A DNA stretch of 64,000 bases from an uncultured virus (IMG/VR IMGVR_UViG_3300047547_000492). Taxonomy: Duplodnaviria > Heunggongvirae > Uroviricota > Caudoviricetes. The position numbers and the translations under genes are program-made. The DNA lies in IMG/VR virus record IMGVR_UViG_3300047547_000492; one strand, written 5' to 3'. The notes below the pieces were generated by a model. The model was not told where the DNA came from, did not search any database, and saw only the letters and a list, made by a program, of their open reading frames with translations. Below, in pieces: positions 18,405 to 29,325 of this stretch (position 1 is the stretch's first letter; each line of letters begins with the position of its first letter).

Positions 18405-20633
18405 TTGGCCGAAATCCCGAGGGATCTCAGGTTCCCGCCGGCTGCCGTCGTGGACTATGACGACGTGTTCAGGGAGCTCGTCAGGATCAAGGAGCTGAAC
18501 TTTCCCGAACATACGGTTCGCGACATGGCGGATCCGTACATGCAGATCCTGGCGCTTCTGGCTTCGCTGGGTCAGCATGCGCTTGGGCGGATGAATCACG
18601 CCCTGTTGCAATTCTCGCCTAAGACCGCCAATTCCAGACAGGCCCTCATAGGCCTCCTCGAGATCGTGAACAGGCCGCTGGAACCGATGTCGCCGGCCCA
18701 GGGGCCGGTGTACGCCAGGGTGAAGGGAACGTCGTACTCGGCCGGCGATCTGTTGGTGGAAGCCGGACAGCGCATCGCTCCTCCATCCACCCAGGATCCC
18801 ATGTTCTCGGTGGACGAGACCGTGGAATTTCCGACCATCTCGACGTTTCACGTGTCGCATCACGACGTATCTGATGGCGAGCTGAACGCGTTGAGCGCTC
18901 CGTATACGGCTTCGGTGTCAGAAGGCGACTCCATGGTCGTCGAGATGGACACTCTGGCGTTCAACTCAGTCGCCTTGACCTTCGACACGCCGTTTGTAGA
19001 CCCGGCCGGCATCATCGTGGAACACTACAACGAGGAGTACGGCTCAGTCGACTCGGTGTCCGACGAGGGTGCTCTGTTGGTGTTCGTGCTCGACGGGTAC
19101 CTGTGGCACGACGAGCTGTCCATCCAGCCCAGGGGGTTGGAGGTCAGGATCCGACACAAGCCGTCCGGTGTGGCCGAGGATACCACGGTGATACTCCACG
19201 CCGGTTCCCTCAAGGCCACGACATCGTTCATGGGCCAGGCGTCTCCAAGCGTGTCAGCCAGCGACTATGAAGTCCTCGCCGAGTGGCGTCCGGTGAGAGG
19301 ATTCGTGGACAACACCGTCGGATTCACTACCGACGCGGCTATTGACGTCGATTTCTCCAAGCTGATGGACGAGGACGTCCTGTGGTCGAAGAACGCGTCA
19401 GGAAGATTCGCCCTGAGGTTCAGGGTGGTCGACATGGGGGCGAACTCCGACCCGTCGAACCTTGTCATCGACGGGGCGACGTCAGACGACAACCTGTGGG
19501 TGGTCACGTCTGTATCCCAGGGCGTGAGGATCGTCAGCAACATCGGACAGACCGACGGGACGACGTTCCAATTCATGCCGGTGTCCAGTCCACCGATACG
19601 AGAACCGGTGGAAGATCCGGCGATCGTGATCAAGGTTGGCAATGACGATGAGTGGTTTGTCGTCGAGGATTTCTCCAATTCCGATTCCACGTCGAAACAC
19701 GCCCTGTTCATTGAGGACCCGGACGATGGGTGGGGGATCCTGTTCGGCGATGGAGCTGTCGGCCAAGTGCCGCCTGAGGGAGATTCGGTTCGAGTAACCA
19801 TGAGGACGGCTTCCGTGGAGGCCGGCGATCTGGCTGCATTCGCGGAGATCAGAGCGATCGGTGGCCTCGGAGAGCTCGACACGTGGACGTTGTTCAGAGG
19901 AACCGATGGCTACGCCAAGAGAGAGGTGGACGACAGAGAGTCGGCGCTGAGATTCAGGAAGGCCGTGCTTCCTCAACTCTCGTTAAGAGCCGAGAGCGTC
20001 GTTACAAGAACGGAGATCGTCACCGCGCTCACCGGCGGCGCGCCGTACAGAGCCACTTTCGAGACAGAGGATGGGCGTAGGCCGTTCTCCAGAGCGTTTT
20101 ACACCCTGGAGGGCGCCGGAGATCGTCAGTACAGGATCGTGACGGTCGGGTCTGAGGCCGACGCGGACGGAGCCGTGAGCAGTTCTGACCTCACGGAGGC
20201 CGAAGAGTGGTTGAACGGGGTGGAGATCGGCATAGAGATCATCGGCGGTCACGGTCCAAACAACACGCAGGCGATCGTCACACAATTCGTACCGAGGACG
20301 CTCATCCCCACGATCACGGTCACCATCGCCAATCCCAACGGCGTGAAGGACCAGGTCAATCAGATCGTCAGGTCGTTCTTCAAGCCCCACGCTCGAGATT
20401 CGGACCAACAGTTCATGTTCGACATGGGTGGGTTGGTTCCGCTGCCCATCCTGTTCGGTCAGCTCTGGGCTGGCATTCCCGGGAGAGTCTACATCGAGAT
20501 ATCGGTCACAGACGGAACGGACACGTACGGGTCAGGGGATGTCGTACAACTGTTGGAAGGCGAGCTTCCTACGCTCGATCCGACGTTTGACCCGACCGTA
20601 AACGTGATCGTAAGGAGGCCGGATGAGCTTTGA
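18405..20633 (+). CDS. Baseplate J-like wedge protein
   Basis: N-terminal DYDDVFREL...DPYMQIL, ILFGDGAVGQVPPEG motif, RAESVVT. Confidence 0.8.
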   Translation: MAEIPRDLRFPPAAVVDYDDVFRELVRIKELNFPEHTVRDMADPYMQILALLASLGQHALGRMNHALLQFSPKTANSRQALIGLLEIVNRPLEPMSPAQGPVYARVKGTSYSAGDLLVEAGQRIAPPSTQDPMFSVDETVEFPTISTFHVSHHDVSDGELNALSAPYTASVSEGDSMVVEMDTLAFNSVALTFDTPFVDPAGIIVEHYNEEYGSVDSVSDEGALLVFVLDGYLWHDELSIQPRGLEVRIRHKPSGVAEDTTVILHAGSLKATTSFMGQASPSVSASDYEVLAEWRPVRGFVDNTVGFTTDAAIDVDFSKLMDEDVLWSKNASGRFALRFRVVDMGANSDPSNLVIDGATSDDNLWVVTSVSQGVRIVSNIGQTDGTTFQFMPVSSPPIREPVEDPAIVIKVGNDDEWFVVEDFSNSDSTSKHALFIEDPDDGWGILFGDGAVGQVPPEGDSVRVTMRTASVEAGDLAAFAEIRAIGGLGELDTWTLFRGTDGYAKREVDDRESALRFRKAVLPQLSLRAESVVTRTEIVTALTGGAPYRATFETEDGRRPFSRAFYTLEGAGDRQYRIVTVGSEADADGAVSSSDLTEAEEWLNGVEIGIEIIGGHGPNNTQAIVTQFVPRTLIPTITVTIANPNGVKDQVNQIVRSFFKPHARDSDQQFMFDMGGLVPLPILFGQLWAGIPGRVYIEISVTDGTDTYGSGDVVQLLEGELPTLDPTFDPTVNVIVRRPDEL

Positions 20634-21825
20634 CGATCTGGATCGCAAGGGACTGGTATCGCTGGGAAGAAGGTGGACGCCCAAGGGACTGGTGTCCGAC
20701 CCGGTGGCCAAGCGGATGGTGGAGTCCCTGATCCAGGCGGCGGCTCACGCGCTCAACCCTCTGCTCGACATGGAGTCGTATCTACCGATCATCTTGAATC
20801 CGCGCCGATGCGCCGACGGAGACCTGTACAGGTCTCTCGAAATGAACGGCATCGACGTGAGGGGGGGATCGCTCAGTTTCGACAAACTTCGACGTCTGGC
20901 CATGCTCGCGCCAGACCTCAGGTCATGGCGTGGGTCGTTCAGAGCCCACAGAACGGTGGCATCGGCCCTGACGGCCGGTCCCGTGATCGTCAGGTCATGG
21001 ATATCACAGCGGGTGATCACGGGATCGTCCACCATGGCCGTGACGCTGTTGTATCCTGAAAACGTTGACGAGACGTTGTTATTCGTGTTGGGTCAGGGTC
21101 CCAGCGCGGAGGACTTCGTGATCGGAGAGGTGGAGGATAGGATCGACGAGCTCGCCAAGCCTGTGCTCGATTCGGTGGACGTCGTGGAGACGTTCGCGCT
21201 GACATCGTGGAGGAACGGCGTTGGCGGATGGGTTCCAGTCGCTGACCCGGGATTTCCAGACGAGGTCGAGAGCGACGTGCCGTACGAGTTCGAGGCCATG
21301 GCTCTGGGCCCCGGCGTATCGGCCACGGTGATCCAATTTCTGATGTCTCCCACGGCTGCTCCTGAGGAGGATGGAGACGCATCGTGTTGGTGGACGACGG
21401 TCTTCTTCAAGACGGCTGGCGCCGCCGAAGGAGACGTCTGGGAACACTGGGTTTACTCCGATCCAACCGGACCGTTCGGCGCCGGGGACGGGTACGTCGT
21501 GAGGATCCCAGTGGGAACGTCCCAAAATCTCACCGTGCACAGGGTGGTGGGAGGAGTGCCGACTCAGTTTGGCTCTCATCCGTTCACGATCTGCAACAGT
21601 CCAACGTCCGGCGGATACCATCGACTCGACGTAGTTTGTTCGAAGAGTGCGAATACGTCGGCCAGGGTTAGAGTGTATGTGGACCACGATCCAAGTCCGT
21701 GGTTCGACGATTCGGGATCGGTGATGACTCGTCCGGCAGGGGTCAGGACGTTCACCGGACTTCGGACCTCCCTATTCACCACAGGCAGACTGAGGGTGGC
21801 CGCGATCACGGCCGCCTCGAGGTGA
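20623..21825 (+). CDS. Baseplate wedge / tail protein I-like
   Basis: ILNPRRC...LRRLAMLAPDLRSWRGS resembles P2 gpI-type proteins; follows the J-like gene. Confidence 0.6.
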   Translation: MSFDDLDRKGLVSLGRRWTPKGLVSDPVAKRMVESLIQAAAHALNPLLDMESYLPIILNPRRCADGDLYRSLEMNGIDVRGGSLSFDKLRRLAMLAPDLRSWRGSFRAHRTVASALTAGPVIVRSWISQRVITGSSTMAVTLLYPENVDETLLFVLGQGPSAEDFVIGEVEDRIDELAKPVLDSVDVVETFALTSWRNGVGGWVPVADPGFPDEVESDVPYEFEAMALGPGVSATVIQFLMSPTAAPEEDGDASCWWTTVFFKTAGAAEGDVWEHWVYSDPTGPFGAGDGYVVRIPVGTSQNLTVHRVVGGVPTQFGSHPFTICNSPTSGGYHRLDVVCSKSANTSARVRVYVDHDPSPWFDDSGSVMTRPAGVRTFTGLRTSLFTTGRLRVAAITAASR

Positions 21826-21828
21826 CGA

Positions 21829-24800
21829 GTGGCCGACAGGAACATCTACGCCGGATTCTTCAACCGAGCCATTCTGGGCGCAAGGACCCTCGAGGACAAC
21901 ATCTTCGAAGCCGTACGTCAAACGGTCAGAGATCTCGGTGGTAGGATCATCGGCGAATGCGTGGTGGACGGGTCTGGCACCGGCCTGGAGATCGTCGATG
22001 ACGCAGCCGCGATCAACGAGCGGAAGTTGACGGTCGAGGGCAACCTCCCGTGTCTGTCCGACTCCGGGGAGGTGTTCATCGGCATGGGCAGCAACTCGGC
22101 CCTCGTGACCTCTGTGGAGGGATCGAGAACCATCGTACTCCACGATCCGGCGTGGTTCGAGGATCTGCCGTACGAGAATGACGACGGCACGACGTACAGG
22201 GTATACCTGCACAACACCAGGTTTCCGATCGATGTCGGGATCGGTGACAACGGCTCGAGGGGATACTCCAGATGGGTGGACGCGCCCGGCGTGACGGTCG
22301 CCCCATCGGCCGTCAGCGACGGCGGGTCCGGTCTGCGCCTGAGGGTGACCACCGGTCTGACGGGATTGGGGGTTCAAGAGTGGCTCACGTCCAACGATGA
22401 GGATGACGACTGGTCGTACGACTGCATCGTGTACCTCGACACAGACGTTGCGGGCGTGACCATCTCCGATGATGATCCTGATGTGGCCATCGCATTCGGC
22501 GCCAAACTCACGAGACTGGCGATCGGCGGGTGGGTGGTGGACATCACCGGGATTGGCGACGGATATCTCGGTCAGGCGTCGCCGTCTCTCGTGGCTGCCA
22601 GGTACAAGATCGTGGTGCTCGGGCCAGTCATAACTACTACGAACTTCGACTCGAACAGGAGTTACATCTTCCTCGGCACGGTGGAATCCGACACGGTCGC
22701 CGAGATCATCGACATGACCGGACAGCACGTCATCGAGTCCGTCTCGCAGACCCTCAACGATCTCTCAGGCGTTCCAGAGACCGTGATCGCCAAGGGATGG
22801 ACCGACAGACCGACCCTCACCATCAACGCCGACGACCTGGACATCGGAGTGGGCGAGGCGTACGTCGATGGTGCTATCACCGTGACGTCTCTGGACACCG
22901 TCGGTCCGTTCGCTCCGTCAAGCACGACGTACGTGTACTGGGACAACACGGCTCCAGGGTGGGACTTCTCGACGTCGTTCAGCACGGCGGCCGGGGCTTC
23001 GGCAGTTCCAGCGTACAGGGTGGAGACCGACGGAGCTTCCCAGATCACGCTCGTGACGACCATCATGAAGATGGTCAACGAGTTCAACGAGCAGCTCGTT
23101 CTGTCTGTCAGCGGAACGTCGGCGCATCGAGCGATGTTCAATACCCTTGAGGGTGCGTTGGCGTTCGCAGCGGCACTCAATACCACGGCGACCAATCGCA
23201 GAGGGTACGTCATCGAGCTGTTGGGCAACGTCACGGTCAGCGCGTCGATCTCCGATGCTGACCTTGTGGGCGTCCCCAACGTGACGTTCAGAGCACGCGG
23301 CGGCAGGATGATCGCCTCATCCGCCGGAGCGGCCATCGACGGCTCGAAGGTCGCGTGGAGCTTCGACGATCCGTTGTTCAGGGTCGCGTCCGGCGCCACC
23401 CTCAGGAATTGGCGATTCGAGGGGGTCTACTTCGACTACAACGGCACTGGAACCGCGGCTGACACGGCCGTGGTCGCCAACTTCGGAGACGTGGACGGAC
23501 TCGAGTTCGTCGAGTGTACCGTGGACGGCAATGACGTGCTCGGAAGCAACGTGTATCTGCCCCACGTGGTGTACTCTGAGGCCAATGAGGTCAAGAGGCT
23601 CACGTTCGACAGATGTAGGCTGTACTCGGCCGAGTCGGTCCTGTGGGTGACCGCGGCGGCTGAGGCCAGCTCGTTCCTGTTGGTGAGGGACTGTGTGGTC
23701 GAAAACGACTCGGCCGCAACCGTGCTCAGCCAAGCCGGATTCCTGACGGACATCGGAGCGGCCGGTGGGACCCAGACCAAATGGACGATCAGGGGCAACA
23801 AGGGAACGGCTCTTCAGGGCAACGGCATCAGATCCCGAAAGCTCTCTGACTCCAGGATCCACGACAATGACCTGGACGTCACCGGCAACTTCTCGGTCGT
23901 TCACCTCGGCAACGACTCGGATATGACGGATGTCGTCCGCATCAATATACGAGACAACTTCTTCAGACGGAATGACGGCACGACCGCTCCGCTCATGAAG
24001 TTGACCGGTGCCGACACGACATCCGCGTTCAGAACGTGTTGGTTCATCCATGACAATCTGATTGACGGCAGGACCGCTCCGGCTGGATCGGTCGGGATCG
24101 ACCTGAACGTCGATGACATCGTCGGCCTCGGGGAGACCAGCGGCAACAACCTCATCCACGACAACGCCGTGGTGAACGTTGAGACCGGCATCACGGTGAA
24201 GAGCCTCCACAGATCCCTGGTCCACTCCAACGTGGTGGTCGCCGAGGCCGCCGGTATCGCGGTGAGCATGGAGGATGAGTGCACCGTGTCGGTGTACGGC
24301 AACGTGATCGCGCTGGACGGGGCTGACCCCAGCGGGATTGTCCTCGACGCTCAGGGTGGAACCGACGAGCGAGGGTTCATGGCCTTCGGCAACGTCATCG
24401 ACATGGTCGATGCGGCGTCCGGAACTCCGATCGGCATCAATTGCCTGCCGAGTGGCGCGTCATCGGCGAGCTCCGACTCTCCGGCCGTCTTCGCGTTGAA
24501 CGTGATCCTGGGGGACTCCGGGTTGACGTGTAGGGGACTCCTGTTCCAGGGCTCCACGGCCGTCGTGATCGGCAACGTCATGAGGGATTGCGGAGTCAGA
24601 TTCGATGAAGGTCTGGGAGGCGTGGACAGCAGCGAGATCGTCTTCGCTCTGAACATCCTCGAGTCTGGAGACGATGTCACTGGCGACGACATCAGCGGAT
24701 CCGCATTCGTGGGCAACGTGTTGACGTCTGGCAACTTCACGTTCGAACTCGCGGCCCACATGGTGGTGACCGGAAACCACATCAACAACGCGATCTTCGG

Positions 24801-25149
24801 CATCGACGGAGGCACCGGCGGAGGGGTGGTCCTCACGGGCAATATGATCCTGAACAACATCGGATTCGACACTCCTGACGGTCAGGACAGCGTGATCGTC
24901 GGCAATGTGGTCGGCGGTACGATGAACGATGGAGTTGCGTCTCAATCCGTCGTGGCTGTCGGCAACTACTGGACTGACACCAGCGCAGCCCACTCGTTCA
25001 GTGTTCTCAGCGGGGTGTACGTCGGCAACAAGTTCAATGACGATGTCACCCTCGAGGCGTCATCCATCAACGGTGTATTCGTGGGGAATAGGATCGACGG
25101 GTCCCTCACCAACAGCGGCGGTGATACCGTGGCCAACAACGACACCTGA
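21829..25149 (+). CDS. Tail fibre/tailspike with right-handed parallel beta-helix
   Basis: Dense IHDN/VGNV/TGN repeats throughout the C-terminal half; 1106 aa. Confidence 0.8.
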   Translation: MADRNIYAGFFNRAILGARTLEDNIFEAVRQTVRDLGGRIIGECVVDGSGTGLEIVDDAAAINERKLTVEGNLPCLSDSGEVFIGMGSNSALVTSVEGSRTIVLHDPAWFEDLPYENDDGTTYRVYLHNTRFPIDVGIGDNGSRGYSRWVDAPGVTVAPSAVSDGGSGLRLRVTTGLTGLGVQEWLTSNDEDDDWSYDCIVYLDTDVAGVTISDDDPDVAIAFGAKLTRLAIGGWVVDITGIGDGYLGQASPSLVAARYKIVVLGPVITTTNFDSNRSYIFLGTVESDTVAEIIDMTGQHVIESVSQTLNDLSGVPETVIAKGWTDRPTLTINADDLDIGVGEAYVDGAITVTSLDTVGPFAPSSTTYVYWDNTAPGWDFSTSFSTAAGASAVPAYRVETDGASQITLVTTIMKMVNEFNEQLVLSVSGTSAHRAMFNTLEGALAFAAALNTTATNRRGYVIELLGNVTVSASISDADLVGVPNVTFRARGGRMIASSAGAAIDGSKVAWSFDDPLFRVASGATLRNWRFEGVYFDYNGTGTAADTAVVANFGDVDGLEFVECTVDGNDVLGSNVYLPHVVYSEANEVKRLTFDRCRLYSAESVLWVTAAAEASSFLLVRDCVVENDSAATVLSQAGFLTDIGAAGGTQTKWTIRGNKGTALQGNGIRSRKLSDSRIHDNDLDVTGNFSVVHLGNDSDMTDVVRINIRDNFFRRNDGTTAPLMKLTGADTTSAFRTCWFIHDNLIDGRTAPAGSVGIDLNVDDIVGLGETSGNNLIHDNAVVNVETGITVKSLHRSLVHSNVVVAEAAGIAVSMEDECTVSVYGNVIALDGADPSGIVLDAQGGTDERGFMAFGNVIDMVDAASGTPIGINCLPSGASSASSDSPAVFALNVILGDSGLTCRGLLFQGSTAVVIGNVMRDCGVRFDEGLGGVDSSEIVFALNILESGDDVTGDDISGSAFVGNVLTSGNFTFELAAHMVVTGNHINNAIFGIDGGTGGGVVLTGNMILNNIGFDTPDGQDSVIVGNVVGGTMNDGVASQSVVAVGNYWTDTSAAHSFSVLSGVYVGNKFNDDVTLEASSINGVFVGNRIDGSLTNSGGDTVANNDT

Positions 25150-25151
25150 GG

Positions 25152-27197
25152 TTGGCCGTGTCTGACGACGGATTCGACAGGTTGGGAGACTCGGGGGTCA
25201 AACGCCGAGCCATGGAGGCCGTGGCCGATAAGATGGGGCTCGATTCGGCGTCTGATCTCAGGAGGGTGCTGAAGGAGCGCCTGACGGATGCCAGGTCTGG
25301 AACCCTCACAGATGCCAGACTCGACGCGTTGGATTCGGCCGTTGACTGCATCCAGAGGCTCGACGCCTTGGACCACCCCTGGGTGTTCGCTCAGAGGTAT
25401 CTCAGACACAAGTTCATCTCAACCGATCCGATCTGTCCCAATTGCGACAATGAGGTCCCCCACCGAACGATCCTCATGTGTCCATCATGCGGCAAACCCG
25501 GGCCGTGGGACATGAGGGAACACGCGGTCAGGAGCTCGTACGTCCACTACTACTTGGCCCACCAAGTCTCGCTGCTGGTCAAGGCGTCACTTTTGATGCC
25601 AGGCGGCGAGAGCTACGCGGACGGCATGGCCACGGCGTTAGCTCGAGGTGGAGCAAAATCGACGTGGCTGCTGGAAATCACTGGTCTGTGGCTGGTCCTG
25701 ACACTCAGGAGCAGGTGCCTGTTGGTGCTGTCCAACACGACGGATCAGGTGGCAGAACGTTGCAACGAGATCAAGACGGAACTCGAGGAGAACACCAAGA
25801 TCATTGAGGATTTCGGAGAACAGATCGCCAGACGAGCGGACCAGAGGGTGTGGACCAGAGACGAGTTCATCCTACCCAACAGGTCTCGGGTCATCGGCAA
25901 GGGCGCCATGCAATCGATGCGTGGCGTGAAGAACAATGAGTATCGTCCAGATGCCGTGATCAGCGACGACTCCGACGATGACAAGTTCATCAATACCCCT
26001 GAGATGGCCAACAAGATGTGGGGATGGTGGGATCAGCGCGTCGTTCCGGCGTGTCATCCCAATGCGATCTTCATGTTTCACGGCACGGTCATCGGAGAGA
26101 TGGGTCTTCTGTGGCAGATCCTCACGGGTCATAGAGGAGCCACGTTCAGACGCCAGACATTCGAGGCAATCCAAGAACGCCCCGGATGTTCGCAGTGCGG
26201 CATGCCGTCGAGAAGCGTCGGTCCGATGGACTGTCCGGTGTGCAACGAGCGCACATCGGCGATAGAACCGTGTTCTTATTGGGGTGCGAGGTTCACGGTC
26301 CAAGCCCTCGAGACGATCAGAAACAAGATCGGCCATTGGGCGTGGCAAACCGAATTCAAGAACAAACCCCATGACGATTCGACGTCATGGTTCAAGAAGG
26401 ACTGGATCGACGGAGCGTTGAGACACGACCTTGCCCCGTTGACGAAACAGGCCAGACGGGTGATACCTGGAAGCATCATCGAGTGCACACTGAGCGGTGA
26501 GGAGGCCGTCAAGATCTCCACCATGGCGGACCCGGAGATGAAGCAGTCTCCAGGAGATCTCGGACCCTATCAACTGATCGTCCAGTCATGGGACCCCGCG
26601 TGGGCCAGAAAGACGGGCAAGGACCAGTTGACCGCGTGGATGGCCGGATGCGGAATGGGTCTCACCTGGGACGACAAGTTCGATCTGTTCTGGATCGATA
26701 GAGACAAGGGTCTGACTGGAACGTCGGCATACAGGGAATGGATGTACCGCACGTGGAATGATGACATCGTTCCATCCAAACCTGCGGATCGACCAGGTCA
26801 GATCGGCATGATCATCGAGAGGAACGGTGCAGGCGTATTGTTCCAGTCGGGTGTCGAGGAATACTGGGGATCGATACCCGTGATCGATCATCAGACCGGC
26901 ACTGAGAAACACGATCTGACAGACGGCGTTCCGGGCATGGCGTCGGATTTTTGCGCCGGCAAATTCATTATTCGATATAACGGTTCAGAGAAATACAAGC
27001 AGTGCATCGACGAGTTGGTGTACGAACTGAAGAACTCTGGCACGAGTCTGCACACTGACCTGATGATGTGCACCTGGTTCGCATGGGCGTACATCAGGCG
27101 CTGGATGAGAGACGTCAGAGATCCTGGCAGATACGAGGAACTCGTCAGACGACGCACTTTGGAGATGGCCCGCGGTAGACAGCGAAGGAACACCTAA
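25152..27197 (+). CDS. terL: Terminase large subunit
   Basis: Walker A ARGGAKST, RPDAVISDD Walker B, HGT coupling motif, nuclease SWDPA, IIERNG and HTDLMM. Confidence 0.88.
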   Translation: MAVSDDGFDRLGDSGVKRRAMEAVADKMGLDSASDLRRVLKERLTDARSGTLTDARLDALDSAVDCIQRLDALDHPWVFAQRYLRHKFISTDPICPNCDNEVPHRTILMCPSCGKPGPWDMREHAVRSSYVHYYLAHQVSLLVKASLLMPGGESYADGMATALARGGAKSTWLLEITGLWLVLTLRSRCLLVLSNTTDQVAERCNEIKTELEENTKIIEDFGEQIARRADQRVWTRDEFILPNRSRVIGKGAMQSMRGVKNNEYRPDAVISDDSDDDKFINTPEMANKMWGWWDQRVVPACHPNAIFMFHGTVIGEMGLLWQILTGHRGATFRRQTFEAIQERPGCSQCGMPSRSVGPMDCPVCNERTSAIEPCSYWGARFTVQALETIRNKIGHWAWQTEFKNKPHDDSTSWFKKDWIDGALRHDLAPLTKQARRVIPGSIIECTLSGEEAVKISTMADPEMKQSPGDLGPYQLIVQSWDPAWARKTGKDQLTAWMAGCGMGLTWDDKFDLFWIDRDKGLTGTSAYREWMYRTWNDDIVPSKPADRPGQIGMIIERNGAGVLFQSGVEEYWGSIPVIDHQTGTEKHDLTDGVPGMASDFCAGKFIIRYNGSEKYKQCIDELVYELKNSGTSLHTDLMMCTWFAWAYIRRWMRDVRDPGRYEELVRRRTLEMARGRQRRNT

Positions 27198-27247
27198 GGA
27201 CGGCTGACACCGAACTCGATATGTTAGCCACGTGGTGAGGTGCGCGG

Positions 27248-27649
27248 TTGTTGATGTTCCCCCACTCCGGCGCTACGCTCGCACTGTCCAGGATCCTCGA
27301 CGGGTTGGAGCTCGAGTTGAAGCTCTACACTGAGGTCGTGGGTGGAATCGTCAAGGAGACCGTGGCCTCCGACTTCGTGGAGGCCACGTTTCCTGGGTAC
27401 ATCTTCAAGGCGTTGAGATCCGAACTTTGGCATCCACCGCGGATCACTGGCGATCAGACGTATTCCGAGTACAGGTTGCCGCAGGTGTTCACGAGGACCA
27501 GCACCGGCGCGTCTGAGTCTCTCCTGGGATATTACGTGGTGACTGTCGAAGACGGGACGTTGTTGTACGCGGAATCGTTTGGACAGGAGGTGCCGTTGAC
27601 GTTGGTCAACGACTCCATCGAGTTCACCCCCAAGATATACCTGAGGTGA
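27248..27649 (+). CDS. Hypothetical, likely virion protein
   Basis: GAGGT RBS; LKLY...EATFPGY...GYYVV pattern like phage structural beta proteins. Confidence 0.55.
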   Translation: MLMFPHSGATLALSRILDGLELELKLYTEVVGGIVKETVASDFVEATFPGYIFKALRSELWHPPRITGDQTYSEYRLPQVFTRTSTGASESLLGYYVVTVEDGTLLYAESFGQEVPLTLVNDSIEFTPKIYLR

Positions 27650-27652
27650 CCA

Positions 27653-28672
27653 GTGTCGATGGAGTACTGGAACGGATTTGAGACGGACGTGACTATCCTC
27701 GCCGCGGAGGGGATCATTCTCACGGCCGGGCCGACCATATCGAGCGCTCAAGCCCATCAGACCATATCTCTGGCCGGTGGCGTCAGGTCGCTGTTGATGA
27801 GCGCAGCGGCGCATTCGGTCAGGATACCGGTCAAGGGCACTCCTGGAACCAAGGACATCGGATTCGCCGTCAGATTCGACACCGGTTCAGAGTTGAACGT
27901 GGACTTCGACATCTCGCTGTCCACCAACTGCAGAGTCAGGATATCCACGGACGGATTCGTCCGCCTGTACAGAGGGGCTGGAGCCGTGTTGCTTCAGACC
28001 TCGGCCGCGACCCTATCGGCCGCGACGTGGTATTGGGTCAAGATCGCCGTGTCGGCGTTGGAAGCTGGGTCTGGTGGACGCATCCAGGTGTTCATCAACG
28101 GATCTACGAGCGCCTTCGTGGATACAGGAGCCGGAGTCGACTGCAGAGCTCAGACGACCGATCATTTCGACACCGTGTTCTTCGACAACGGCGTCAACAC
28201 CAACGTCTATCTCGACGATTACCATCAGGGGACTTTGGGATCGTTCCCGAACAAACAGCTCTACGTGTGGCTCAACCGGCCAACGGCCGAACACGGCACA
28301 CCAGACGGAACCCCCAGCACAGGGACCGACAACGCGCTGACCATCGATGAGGACCCGGTGAACACCGGGGACTACAACGAGCTCGTCGGATCCGGTGATC
28401 GAGATATGTTCACGATGAGCAATCCGTCATTCGCCCCATTGGAGGTCGTCGGGATCAGAACGCTCTTCATGGCCACCTCAGAAGGGTCGATCACCCAAGG
28501 CAAGGGCGTGATCGAGAGCAACGGCAACGTGGCCACAGGGACGAACCAATCGCTGTCCACAGGCGGTGCGTACTCGGTGGTCGGCGACACGTTCCTGTTG
28601 GATCCAGACGGCAACGTCGCGTGGACAGGGACGAAGGCGAATGCTCACAAGTCCGGGTATGAGGTGACCTGA
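27653..28672 (+). CDS. Putative virion protein with LamG/ConA-like domain
   Basis: TWYWVKI...IQVFING...YLDDY pattern; Thr/Gly-rich. Confidence 0.6.
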   Translation: MSMEYWNGFETDVTILAAEGIILTAGPTISSAQAHQTISLAGGVRSLLMSAAAHSVRIPVKGTPGTKDIGFAVRFDTGSELNVDFDISLSTNCRVRISTDGFVRLYRGAGAVLLQTSAATLSAATWYWVKIAVSALEAGSGGRIQVFINGSTSAFVDTGAGVDCRAQTTDHFDTVFFDNGVNTNVYLDDYHQGTLGSFPNKQLYVWLNRPTAEHGTPDGTPSTGTDNALTIDEDPVNTGDYNELVGSGDRDMFTMSNPSFAPLEVVGIRTLFMATSEGSITQGKGVIESNGNVATGTNQSLSTGGAYSVVGDTFLLDPDGNVAWTGTKANAHKSGYEVT

Positions 28673-29322
28673 TGGCCGACAGCAAGATCAGCGGCCTGAC
28701 GCAGGTCACCACTCCGACGGCGACGGTGGAGTTCGGGGTCAACGACGCCGGTACATCGAAGCGGCTGACGCTGTCCCAGGTGGGGGATTACCTCACCAAG
28801 AGGACCGCCGCAGCCACGGTGGCCTACGGCGATTTCATGACATGGCTGGTGCTCGCCGCCAATTCGACCGACATCACCGGTACCGGCCTGACCACGGTGA
28901 TGTCGATCACCGGAATTCCGACCGGTAGATACCACTTCAAGTGCGTCCTGATATATCAGACCACGGCGACCACCACCGGCATAGACGTGGCGGTCAACTT
29001 TACCGGCACTCTGACCCAGTTTCTCCCTGAGCACAGGTTCGCATCGACTGGACAGACGGCCGCAACTGCGGCCGCTAGCCAAACTGCCAATAACGCGGCT
29101 GGAAACACCTATGAGGCCCAAGGTACAAGAACCTTGAACGCGGTCATCGGGTCTGGGTCTGTATCGGTAGACGCGGCCAACACGGACATGATGAGCACCA
29201 TCGAGGGGTTCATGGTGGTATCCGTATCTGGAGATCTCCAGATCAAGCTCGCCGCTGAATCCGCTGGTCTGGTGTGCAGAGCCATGCAGGGGTCGTTTCT
29301 CGAATTGAAGAAGCTGAGCTGA
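28672..29322 (+). CDS. Putative tail-associated structural protein
   Basis: MADSKISGL N-terminus typical of fibre-type proteins; Thr/Ala-rich. Confidence 0.6.
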   Translation: MADSKISGLTQVTTPTATVEFGVNDAGTSKRLTLSQVGDYLTKRTAAATVAYGDFMTWLVLAANSTDITGTGLTTVMSITGIPTGRYHFKCVLIYQTTATTTGIDVAVNFTGTLTQFLPEHRFASTGQTAATAAASQTANNAAGNTYEAQGTRTLNAVIGSGSVSVDAANTDMMSTIEGFMVVSVSGDLQIKLAAESAGLVCRAMQGSFLELKKLS

Positions 29323-29325
29323 ACC

